Shown: piece after piece, positions 1 through 7,258 of the stretch
How the letters are laid out: each line of letters opens with the position of its first letter
Numbering within the stretch: the first letter of the stretch is position 1
Assembly (NCBI RefSeq): GCF_001017655.1
Contig: NZ_CP010904.1
Coordinates: 1,230,001 to 1,262,000 of the forward strand
Direction of reading: 5' to 3'
Length of the DNA: 32,000 nucleotides
Source of the DNA: Kiritimatiella glycovorans
GTDB lineage: Bacteria > Verrucomicrobiota > Kiritimatiellia > Kiritimatiellales > Kiritimatiellaceae
The notes under the pieces: generated by a model
Told to the model about the DNA's origin: nothing
The model's input: the letters and a program-made list of their open reading frames with translations, nothing else
The model's database searches: none
Translations under genes and position numbers: made by a program

Positions 1-1059
1 ACCGACGCGCTCTCGGCCGGCGACGTGGGGTATCTGACCGCGAACATCAAGGACGCCTCGGAGATCAGCATCGGGGACACCGTTACGCGCACGAACCGCC
101 CGGTGGAAAAGCCGCTCCCGGGCTTCCAGGAGATCCACCCGATGGTGTTCGCCGGCGTCTACCCGATGGACACCGCCGACTACGAGAAACTGGGGGCCTC
201 GCTCGAAAAACTGCGGCTCAACGACAGCGCCTTCAGCTACCAGAACGAGTCCTCGGCCGCGCTGGGACTCGGATACCGCTGCGGTTTTCTCGGACTGCTG
301 CATATGGAAGTCACCATAGAGCGCCTGCGCCGCGAATTCGATCTGGACATTATCACGACCTATCCCGGCGTCGTGTATCGCGTGCACCTCACGGACGGAC
401 GGACGCTGGAAATCGACAACCCCGTCCTGTGGCCCGAGACCACCCAGATCGCCTCCGTCGATGAGCCGATGATCAAGGTCTACATTATCTGCCTCAACGA
501 TCACATCGGCGACATGATGCAGCTCGTGATGGAACGGCGCGGGACCGTGACGCATACGGATACGATCGACGCGAAACGCCTGATGCTCACATGCCGGCTG
601 CCGCTCAACGAGGTGCTCATCGATTTCTACGACAAGCTCAAGAGCGTCAGCCGCGGCTATTCCTCGATGGACTACGAATACCTCGGTTACGAAGAGGCCG
701 ACCTGGTTAAGATGGATATTCTCGTGCATGGCGAACCCGTGGACGCGTTCGCGACGATCGTGCATCGCGAAAAGGCGCCGGCGCAGGGACGCAGGATCTG
801 CCAGGCGCTGAAGGATGTCATTCCGCGCCAGGCCTTTTCCGTCCCGCTGCAGGCGGCGATCAACGGAAACATCGTCGCGCGGGAGACGATCCGCCAGTAC
901 CGTAAGGACGTAACGGCCAAGTGTTACGGCGGGGACATCACCCGTAAGCGCAAACTGCTGGAGAAACAGAAGGCCGGGAAGAAAAAGATGAAGCAGATCG
1001 GGCAGGTGAGCATCCCGCAGGAAGCCTTTATACGGGTGCTGAAAACGGAGCCGAGTTAG
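1..1059 (+). CDS. lepA: Elongation factor 4 (LepA), C-terminal ~350 aa; the 5' end lies upstream of the window
   Basis: Frame 1 is open from nt 1 to TAG at 1057-1059. The translation (..AGDVGYLTANIKDASEISIGDT.., ..GYRCGFLGLLHMEV.., ..KCYGGDITRKRKLLEKQKAGKKKMKQIG..) is the recognisable LepA domain III-V and C-terminal pattern. lepB follows, as in the conserved lepA-lepB arrangement. Confidence 0.93.
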   Translation, partial: TDALSAGDVGYLTANIKDASEISIGDTVTRTNRPVEKPLPGFQEIHPMVFAGVYPMDTADYEKLGASLEKLRLNDSAFSYQNESSAALGLGYRCGFLGLLHMEVTIERLRREFDLDIITTYPGVVYRVHLTDGRTLEIDNPVLWPETTQIASVDEPMIKVYIICLNDHIGDMMQLVMERRGTVTHTDTIDAKRLMLTCRLPLNEVLIDFYDKLKSVSRGYSSMDYEYLGYEEADLVKMDILVHGEPVDAFATIVHREKAPAQGRRICQALKDVIPRQAFSVPLQAAINGNIVARETIRQYRKDVTAKCYGGDITRKRKLLEKQKAGKKKMKQIGQVSIPQEAFIRVLKTEPS

Positions 1060-1093
1060 GGCAGGGGAGTGGGGAAAGCGTGGAAATCGGGGG

Positions 1094-1595
1094 GAGATCG
1101 AGGCAATCGGGAAGAACGTGTCAACGGCCCTTGCGGGCCTCGTGGCAGTCGGGGGATATGTCGTTGCCCCGAGCGCAGCGTTGCCTCGAGGCGCGAAGCG
1201 CCGTTGCACGAGCGAAGCGTTGCCTCGAGGCGCGAAGCGCCGTTGCCCCGAGCGAAGCGTTCTTCTCATCGTGTCAACGGCCCTTGCGGGCCTCGTGGCA
1301 GGCGGGGGATATGTCGTTCCCCCGAGCGAAGCGTTGCCTCGAGGCGCGAAGCGCCGTTGCACGAGCGAAGCGTTCTTCTCATCGTGTCAACGGCCCTTGC
1401 GGGCCTCGTGGCAATCGGGAAGAACGTGTCAACGGCCCTTGCGGGCCTCGTGGCAGGCGGGGGATATGTCGTTCCCCCGAGCGAAGCGTTGTCTCGAGGC
1501 GCGAAGCGCCGTTGCCCCGAGCGCAGCGTTTCCCCGATCGTGACCGTCGGGGGACGGGGAAAAGGATGAAGTCGGGAGAGATCGAGGCAGTCGGG
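1094..1595. repeat. Mosaic tandem array of GC-rich hairpin modules filling the lepA-lepB spacer
   Basis: Three ~91-bp units lie at 1117-1207, 1270-1360 and 1425-1515. Each is the 31-bp module CGTGTCAACGGCCCTTGCGGGCCTCGTGGCA plus a 60-bp module with 1-3 mismatches between copies. A solo 31-bp module lies at 1383-1413. An exact 45-bp repeat occurs at 1103-1147 and 1411-1455. Partial duplications lie at 1208-1269 and 1361-1382. The array is bounded by the direct repeat GAGATCGAGGCA[A/G]TCGGG at 1094-1111 and 1578-1595. Confidence 0.9.
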
Positions 1596-1621
1596 GCATT
1601 CACCGCAACCGGGGAATCAGC

Positions 1622-2719
1622 ATGAACATTCTGCAGCGACGGCAATGGCGCAAGCGGATCAAAAATCTGCTCAAGGACGCCCGGCATGTGCGCCGGATGC
1701 GCGAGGACGTGGTTGACGCGGAGAAGATCGAGCGACTGAATGCGGCCGCGGACGAACTGCGGCGGCGCGGGTCGGAGAGAGCGTCCCGCGGGGAACTCGA
1801 GCGGGCGTCGGAGGATCTCGGGAAAGCGATGGAGGCGGTATCGCCTGCGCGCTCCGCGCCGAAGCTGCGTGAAAACCTGGAGGTGTTCGTGGTGGCGATC
1901 GCCGCGGCGATGGCCATCCGCGCGTACTTCTTCCAGCCGTTTAAGATACCGACCGGCTCGATGGAGCCGACGCTCAATGGCATCACGGTCGAGGCGAAAG
2001 CGGACGGATCGTGGATCGATGTTCAGCCGTTCAAGTTCGCCAAGTGGCTCGTGACCGGGCGATCCTACAAAGAGATCCGCAGTAAATCCTCCGGATATCT
2101 GAGAATCAACCTCCGGGAGCGCATTCGCGACCGGCTCGTCTTTCACGTCGGCGGGACCCGACACCTGGTGCCCGAAGACATGGCCCGCTATATCCGGGTA
2201 CCCGTCGTCCGCCGCGGCGGCGTGATCGAATCCACCCGCCCGGTGCGCCGCGGCGAAGTCCTGGCCTCGGGGGAAGTCCGGTCCGGCGACCACATTCTCG
2301 TCAATAAGATCGTCTACAATTTCACCGCGCCGGAGCGCGGCGACGTGGTCGTATTCGACACCCAGGGTCTGAGCGGCGTGCGTCAGGATTCGTATTACAT
2401 CAAGCGAATGGCCGGTGTTCCGGACGAGACCGTCGGGATCGATGACGGCGGGCTGATCGCCGACGGCGAAGTCGTCGACCGCCCCGAGATATTTCAGCGG
2501 CTTCGACGGCCGCCGTACGTCGGATACCGGAACAAGGGTCGGCTGGCCGATTCGTCGGACCGGCTCGTCATCGGTCCCGACGAATTTCTGCCGCTGGGCG
2601 ACAATTCCGACAACAGCCGGGACGGCCGCTATTTCGGTCCCGTAAGCACCGAACAGCTGCTCGGCCCGGCCTTCATCGTCTACTGGCCGTTTGATTCCCA
2701 GTGGGGCTGGATTCCTTAA
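1622..2719 (+). CDS. lepB: Signal peptidase I (S26 family)
   Basis: 365-aa ORF with ATG at 1622 preceded by GGGGAA. It carries the catalytic-Ser box GSMEPTL, plus GDHILVNK, GDVVVF, YIKRMAGVPDETV (Lys box) and LGDNSDNSRDGRYFG, which are typical LepB motifs. It lies downstream of lepA. Confidence 0.92.
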   Translation: MNILQRRQWRKRIKNLLKDARHVRRMREDVVDAEKIERLNAAADELRRRGSERASRGELERASEDLGKAMEAVSPARSAPKLRENLEVFVVAIAAAMAIRAYFFQPFKIPTGSMEPTLNGITVEAKADGSWIDVQPFKFAKWLVTGRSYKEIRSKSSGYLRINLRERIRDRLVFHVGGTRHLVPEDMARYIRVPVVRRGGVIESTRPVRRGEVLASGEVRSGDHILVNKIVYNFTAPERGDVVVFDTQGLSGVRQDSYYIKRMAGVPDETVGIDDGGLIADGEVVDRPEIFQRLRRPPYVGYRNKGRLADSSDRLVIGPDEFLPLGDNSDNSRDGRYFGPVSTEQLLGPAFIVYWPFDSQWGWIP

Positions 2720-2859
2720 CTGGACGCTATCCACCACGAAGCTTAGAGATTCACCACGGATTTCACGAATCACACGGATACAGAATCGAGATCGGGTTCC
2801 GAATCGAGTTTCGCCATTCAGAGAGCACATCCCCAGGGTACAGACCCATGTTTTATATA

Positions 2860-2887
2860 ACGTCGTATAATATATCTTATGTCTAGT
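2860..2887. other. dif: Candidate dif-like Xer recombination site (11-6-11: ACGTCGTATAA / TATATC / TTATGTCTAGT)
   Basis: By-eye match to E. coli dif GGTGCGCATAATGTATATTATGTTAAAT gives arms 6/11 and 8/11. The match to B. subtilis dif ACTTCCTAGAATATATATTATGTAAACT is 21/28. The site sits in a 40-nt patch (2848-2887) with only 9 G/C, in non-coding DNA between convergent genes. A XerC/D-type gene is present in the window. Confidence 0.5.
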
Positions 2888-2944
2888 CCCGTGGCTCACG
2901 CATCGCAAGATGTGGGGGTTGGGGTTGAGCCGTCCTCAGGTCAG

Positions 2945-4387
2945 TCAGAGCGACTCATAGAGATCCGCATATTCCGCGGCCATGCGCCGGATCGAGAAAT
3001 CCCGCTTCATGGCCCGTCGTCTGAGTTCGCTCCAGTCGCCTGAACGTCCGAACACCTGCAGTGCGCGTCTCAGGGCGTCGTCGAACGCCTCCGGCGTGAA
3101 CGGCGAGAACAGGAATCCCGTGCCGGTGGACGGCGAGGCACCGGCGTCTTTGATGGTATCGAGGAGCCCGCCGACGGCGTGAGCCACAGGGATCGTGCCG
3201 TAACGCATGGCGTACATCTGGTTCAGCCCGCAGGGTTCGAAGGCGGAGGGAATCAGTATCAGGTCCGCGCCTGCAATCCAGCGTCGCGCCCTGAGGGGGT
3301 CGAACCGCAGTACGGAATGAAAGGCACCGCGGTATTCCCCGTTCCACTCCCGGAAGAGCCGCTCGTACCGCTCCTCCCCGCTCCCGAGCAGACAGAATCG
3401 CAGGCGGCCCGACGAGAGATAACCGGGCAGGACGGAGGCCAGCAGATCGATGCCCTTCTGGCCGGCGAGACGCGTGACCATTACGGCCAGCGGACCTTCG
3501 AACCCCGAATCGAACCCGGCCTCCGCGGAGAGCGACTCCCGGCAGCGGACCTTGCCGGCGGTGTGATCGCAGTCGAAATTCGCCTCAATCGCGGTATCCG
3601 TGGCGGGATTCCAGGCCTGGTCGTCGACGCCGTTCAGGATGCCGTGCAGGGAGTCCCGGCGTTCGCGGAGCACGCCTTCCAGCCCGTGACCGAATTCCGG
3701 GGTCAGGATTTCCGACGCGTATCTCGGACTGACTGTAGTGATCGCATCGGCGCGGACGATACCCGCTTTCATGCAGTTGATTTTCCCAAAGTACTCGCAG
3801 ACTTCCACCCGGAAACAGTCGTGAGGGAGATTCGTCCGCGCAAAATCTCCCGGTTCAAAAATGCCCTGGTAGGCGAGGTTATGGATGGTGAACACCGTCC
3901 GCTCCGGATGCCGTGCCCTGCCCTCGCCGTCCGTTCCGTAACGGAGAAACAGGGGCAGCAGCGCGGTCTGCCAGTCGTTGGCGTGCACGACATCAAATGC
4001 GCGTCCGGTCAGGTCGATCCATGCGACCACCGCTTTCTGAAACAGAACAAAGCGGTCGAAATTGTCCGCGTAGGATGATCCGTTCGAGCCGTAGATGCCG
4101 TGACGGTCGAAACACTCGTCGCACCTGACCCAGAGGGTTTCGACATGGTTTTCCTCGCGCGACCAGATCTCCACTTCATAACGGCGGTCGGCCAGCGGGA
4201 CGGTGAATCGCGTCCCGGTAAAGGACGTGGACTGCTGTTCCGCGACGCTTCGGTACATGGGTATGATGCGGCTGACCGTCAGGTTCGCGCGTCCGGCAAG
4301 CGCCTCGGGCAGCGCCCGGGCGATATTGCCGAGTCCGCCGGTCGAAGCCAGTGGAGCGAGTTCGCTTGAGACGAAAAGAATTTTCAT
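2945..4387 (-). CDS. glgA: Glycogen synthase (ADP-glucose type, GT5)
   Basis: 480-aa ORF. The N-terminus MKILFVSSELAPLASTGGLGNIARALPEAL matches the KxGGL-type GlgA signature. The C-terminal half (..IPSAFEPCGLNQMYAMRYGTIPVAHAVGGLLDTI..) is the typical GT-B donor-binding region. Confidence 0.92.
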   Translation of the reverse strand: MKILFVSSELAPLASTGGLGNIARALPEALAGRANLTVSRIIPMYRSVAEQQSTSFTGTRFTVPLADRRYEVEIWSREENHVETLWVRCDECFDRHGIYGSNGSSYADNFDRFVLFQKAVVAWIDLTGRAFDVVHANDWQTALLPLFLRYGTDGEGRARHPERTVFTIHNLAYQGIFEPGDFARTNLPHDCFRVEVCEYFGKINCMKAGIVRADAITTVSPRYASEILTPEFGHGLEGVLRERRDSLHGILNGVDDQAWNPATDTAIEANFDCDHTAGKVRCRESLSAEAGFDSGFEGPLAVMVTRLAGQKGIDLLASVLPGYLSSGRLRFCLLGSGEERYERLFREWNGEYRGAFHSVLRFDPLRARRWIAGADLILIPSAFEPCGLNQMYAMRYGTIPVAHAVGGLLDTIKDAGASPSTGTGFLFSPFTPEAFDDALRRALQVFGRSGDWSELRRRAMKRDFSIRRMAAEYADLYESL

Positions 4388-4455
4388 TGCGGCATCCCCT
4401 CGGAAACCCCGATACTGCCGGATTGATTCACGCCGCCAGGCGAAAGGGAACCATT

Positions 4456-6711
4456 ATGAGCGAGTTTCGTCCCTCCTTCGAGCAGCAAATCTATAAATTC
4501 ATGAACGATCCCGCCTACCGCCCGATGCGCACCTCGGAGCTGGCGCGGGAACTCGGGATCGACACCTCCCGCCGCCGCGCGTTCCGCACGGCGCTCAAGT
4601 CGCTGGAGACGGAGGAAAAAATCGTTCGTATCCGCCATAACCGCTGGGCTGTGGCGCGAGCACAGAAAACGGTACGCGGCCGGCTCTCGGTCAGCCCGGA
4701 CGGCAACGGGATGATCCGGGTCGAGGGAGAAACGAGGGACCGCGCGCTGTACGTCGCGGCGGAGAATCTCCAGTGCGGTCTTCACCGCGACCTCGTCGAA
4801 GCGGAAGTGCTGCCCTCGGGAGCAGGCCGGCGCAGCGGCGAGGGTCGCGTGGTGCGGGTCCTGGAGCGCTGGTTCACGCAGGTCGTCGGTCTCGTGCGTC
4901 ATACCCCTTATTACGCGTATGTCGTTCCGGACAATCCGCGGCTGCATCAGACCGTGCAGCTCGACACGGACCCGCGCGGCGAGCCTCCCCCCGAGGATCA
5001 CAAGGTGGTGGTCGAACTCGACGAGTGGACCGATCCCCTGCGGCCGCTCACCGGGCGCTGCCTTGAAGACATCGGCCACCGCGACGCGCCGGGGGTGGCC
5101 ATGCAGTGCATCATCAGAAGCCACGGGTACCGGCAGGAGTTTCCCGCGGAGGTTGAAGAGGAGCAGCAGCGGCTGATGGCCTCGCCTCCCCCGGTCGAAC
5201 ACGAGCATCGTCGTGACCGCACGGAAGAAGTCGCGTTTACGATCGATCCGGACACGGCGCGCGATTTCGACGACGCGATATCGATCCGCGAGCACCCCGA
5301 GGGCGGCTGGCTGCTGGGCGTACATATCGCCGACGTATCCCACTACGTGCGTCCGGGGTCGGCGATGGACGTCGAGGCGGCCAAACGGGGCAACAGCGTA
5401 TACCTGGTCGACCGCGTGATCATGATGCTTCCCGAAAAGGTTACGGCCGAACTCTGCAGTCTCAAGCCCGACCGGGTGCGCGCCGCGCATACCATGGAGT
5501 GCCGTATAACCGACGAAGGGGAGATCCTGTCTTCCGACACGTTTCCCGCGTCGATCCGTTCGCGCGCGAGACTGACGTACCGGCAGGTCCAGGCCTATTT
5601 CGATGAAGGCACCGCCGCGGGCATTCCGGCTGAAGTGCAGAAGGGACTCTCGCGGCTTCACACGCTCACCATGCGCTGGCGCCGGGACCGCCTCAGGCAC
5701 GGATCGATCGACCTCGCCCTGCCGGAGGTGGAATGCAGGCTGGATACGGAAGGACGGATCAAGGGGGTCGAGACCCGGGAGGGCAGCGAAGCTCAGCACC
5801 TGGTGGAGGAATGCATGCTGCTCGCCAACCGCGTGGTGGCCCGCCGGCTGCACGAGGCCCCCTGCCCTGCGCTCTACCGTGTGCACGGCGACCCGGAACC
5901 GGACCAGTGGAGTCAGATGGCCGCCGAACTGGAATCGCTGGGCATCACCGACCCCCCTTCCAACCAGTCCGAAATCAACGCGATGCTGCGCCGGCTTCCC
6001 GACGGATGGCTGCGTTATGCGGCCATGCTGTGCGTGCTGCGGAACTTCCAGCGGGCGTATTACACCACGGAACCGGGCGGTCATTTCGGGCTCGGGTTCG
6101 AGTGCTACTCCCACTTCACTTCTCCGATCCGGCGCTATCCGGACCTCCTGATCCACCGGCTCCTCTCCGCGCTCGAGCAGAATGCGCCGCCGCCCTGCAC
6201 GGCGGAACAACTCGCCAACCTCGCCGACCACTGCAGCCAGACGGAACGGGAGGCCGAAGAGGCCGAGAAAGAGAGCGTAGAGCAGAAACGGGTCGAGTAT
6301 TACGCCGATCAGTTGCGGAAAGGCCATACGGGACCCTATCGCGCTCATATCGTACGATTCCTGAAGAAGGGCCTGATCGTCGAACTGGAAGAATCGCTCC
6401 AGCGCGGTCTGGTCGCCTTTTCCGGGATCACCGACGACTTCTATCGCCTGAACGAGGAGCGCACCCGGGCGGTGGGCCGGCGCGGCAAAAAGCGCATGCA
6501 CATCGGAGAGGCGATCGACGTCCTGCTGGTCAAGGTGGACACGGCACGGCGCTGGCTGGATTTTCAGTTTGCCGATGAACGCCGCACCGGATCGCGCGGC
6601 GGCAAGGGGCGCCAAGGAAGCAGGGGCGGCACCAGGGGCCGCCCGGCCGGAAAAAAGGGTTCACGCGGAAATAAAAAAGGCCGGCCCTCAAAGAGCCGGA
6701 AAAAAAGGTGA
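4456..6711 (+). CDS. rnr: Ribonuclease R (RNB family 3'-5' exoribonuclease) with a Lys/Arg/Gly-rich C-terminal tail
   Basis: The RNB catalytic region is recognisable (..FTIDPDTARDFDDAISI.., ..VYLVDRVIMMLPE.., ..HFGLGFECYSHFTSPIRRYPDLLIHR..). An S1-like region and a basic tail (GSRGGKGRQGSRGG..KKGRPSKSRKKR) follow. I prefer the ATG at 4456 (GAAAGGGAA upstream) over the ORF-track start at 4351, which would overlap the divergent glgA start. Confidence 0.9.
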   Translation: MSEFRPSFEQQIYKFMNDPAYRPMRTSELARELGIDTSRRRAFRTALKSLETEEKIVRIRHNRWAVARAQKTVRGRLSVSPDGNGMIRVEGETRDRALYVAAENLQCGLHRDLVEAEVLPSGAGRRSGEGRVVRVLERWFTQVVGLVRHTPYYAYVVPDNPRLHQTVQLDTDPRGEPPPEDHKVVVELDEWTDPLRPLTGRCLEDIGHRDAPGVAMQCIIRSHGYRQEFPAEVEEEQQRLMASPPPVEHEHRRDRTEEVAFTIDPDTARDFDDAISIREHPEGGWLLGVHIADVSHYVRPGSAMDVEAAKRGNSVYLVDRVIMMLPEKVTAELCSLKPDRVRAAHTMECRITDEGEILSSDTFPASIRSRARLTYRQVQAYFDEGTAAGIPAEVQKGLSRLHTLTMRWRRDRLRHGSIDLALPEVECRLDTEGRIKGVETREGSEAQHLVEECMLLANRVVARRLHEAPCPALYRVHGDPEPDQWSQMAAELESLGITDPPSNQSEINAMLRRLPDGWLRYAAMLCVLRNFQRAYYTTEPGGHFGLGFECYSHFTSPIRRYPDLLIHRLLSALEQNAPPPCTAEQLANLADHCSQTEREAEEAEKESVEQKRVEYYADQLRKGHTGPYRAHIVRFLKKGLIVELEESLQRGLVAFSGITDDFYRLNEERTRAVGRRGKKRMHIGEAIDVLLVKVDTARRWLDFQFADERRTGSRGGKGRQGSRGGTRGRPAGKKGSRGNKKGRPSKSRKKR
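6675..6700 (-). terminator. Possible intrinsic terminator of rnpB, lying inside the 3' end of the rnr coding sequence
   Basis: On the minus strand, CCGGC-TCTTTGAGG-GCCGG (6699-6681) is followed by CCTTTTTTAT. The stem is short (5 bp) and the loop is 9 nt, so this is weak. Confidence 0.3.
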
Positions 6712-7060
6712 GGCGGTAAGCCGGATTCTGTCTCCCGCATAAAGCGGTTATCGGTCATTTATCTAGTGCGATCTACCCGGGACTCCTGACGAGACGGGCC
6801 GCCTCTCGTCCCCTATTCGATCTTGCTCCGGACGGGGTTTACCCTGCCCCCTCGGTCACCCTCGGGGCGGTGGGCTCTTACCCCACCTTTTCACCCTTAC
6901 CCGTCTCAGCTAAAGCTTCGGCGGGCGGTCTGTTTTCTGCGGCACTTTCCGTACCCTTCGTTCTTGCGAAGGGCCTCCCGCGTTAACCACGGGACGTCCT
7001 GCCCTGCGGAGTCCGGACTTTCCTCTCCCCGGCACTGCCGGAAAGCGACCGAACCTCACC
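6707..7060 (-). ncRNA. rnpB: RNase P RNA, bacterial type A (M1 RNA)
   Basis: The reverse complement carries the conserved blocks GAGGAAAGTCCGGACTCC (7025-7008) and GGGTAAGGGTGAAAAGGTGGGGTAAGAGCCCACCGCC (6902-6866). It also carries GGGTAAACCCCGTCCGGAGCAAG and ACAGAATCCGGCTTACC (6731-6715). The 5' GGTGAGG (7060-7054) can pair with the 3' CCTCACC (6713-6707) as helix P1. Ends are approximate to a few nt. Confidence 0.93.
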
Positions 7061-7066
7061 GCGGTG

Positions 7067-7095
7067 AACATAACAGTCTGAAGGTCGCGTGTAAA
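7067..7095 (-). promoter_or_regulatory. Putative sigma-70-type promoter of rnpB
   Basis: On the minus strand: TTTACA (7095-7090), a 17-nt spacer, TATGTT (7072-7067), then 6 nt to the G that begins the predicted P1 helix at 7060. Confidence 0.45.
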
Positions 7096-7113
7096 CGGGA
7101 CCTTTTTACGAGG

Positions 7114-7257
7114 CAGCAGTTCTCATTATGGCCGCATTCCGACCGCGGACGGCGTGGCAGCCGTCCCTCCCGAGTCGATATCCGACGCATTTTCGGGCAC
7201 TGGGAGGGTCGGGTGCCACCCCGACCGAAAAGGGTGAAGCCATAATGAGAATCGCTG
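7114..7257 (+). mobile_element. MITE-like non-autonomous element, copy 1 (144 bp)
   Basis: Terminal inverted repeats are CAGCAGTTCTCATTATGGC and GCCATAATGAGAATCGCTG (19 bp, 2 mismatches). A perfect 9-bp direct duplication TTTACGAGG lies at 7105-7113 and 7258-7266. The element has two further near-identical copies in the window, contains internal 7-bp-stem hairpins, and has no transposase. Confidence 0.88.
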
Positions 7258-7258
7258 T

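Noticed and set aside
1117-1207. Integron attC-like recombination sites, given imperfect palindromes bounded by CAACGGC...GCCGTTG
   Set aside because: The termini fit the RYYYAAC / GTTRRRY core consensus poorly (TGTCAAC; GTTGCAC or GTTGCCC). There are no cassette ORFs between units and no intI integrase nearby.
1103-1530. CRISPR array, because a 31-bp sequence is repeated four times
   Set aside because: The gaps between the 31-bp copies are 122, 82 and 11 nt and are themselves repeated (the 60-bp module recurs). There are therefore no unique, size-regular spacers. No cas genes or leader are nearby.
1069-1625. Three overlapping plus-strand ORFs (166, 181 and 141 aa) across the repeat array as repeat-protein genes
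   Set aside because: All three frames are open simply because the repeats are GC-rich. Unit spacings (153, 113, 42 nt) break the frame between copies, so the same DNA is read in different frames. The ORFs have no RBS and an Arg/Ala/Pro-biased nonsense composition.
4351-4455. ORF-track start of rnr at 4351
   Set aside because: It would overlap the divergent glgA start codon region by 37 nt and add 35 non-conserved residues. The ATG at 4456 has a purine-rich RBS-like sequence and starts a typical RNase R N-terminus.
4384-6615. Very long antisense or out-of-frame ORFs as genes: 4384-6615(-), 1379-2908(-), 8543-9610(-), 9936-11147(-), 10664-12643(+), 23164-25038(-), 24522-26318(+), 26594-28405(-), 29384-30223(-), 3179-4078(+), 15500-16345(+), and others
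   Set aside because: Each lies opposite to, or out of frame with, a gene that has clear family motifs. Their products are Arg/Gly/Pro/Ala-rich with no recognisable domains. Such stop-poor shadow ORFs are expected at about 65-68% GC.
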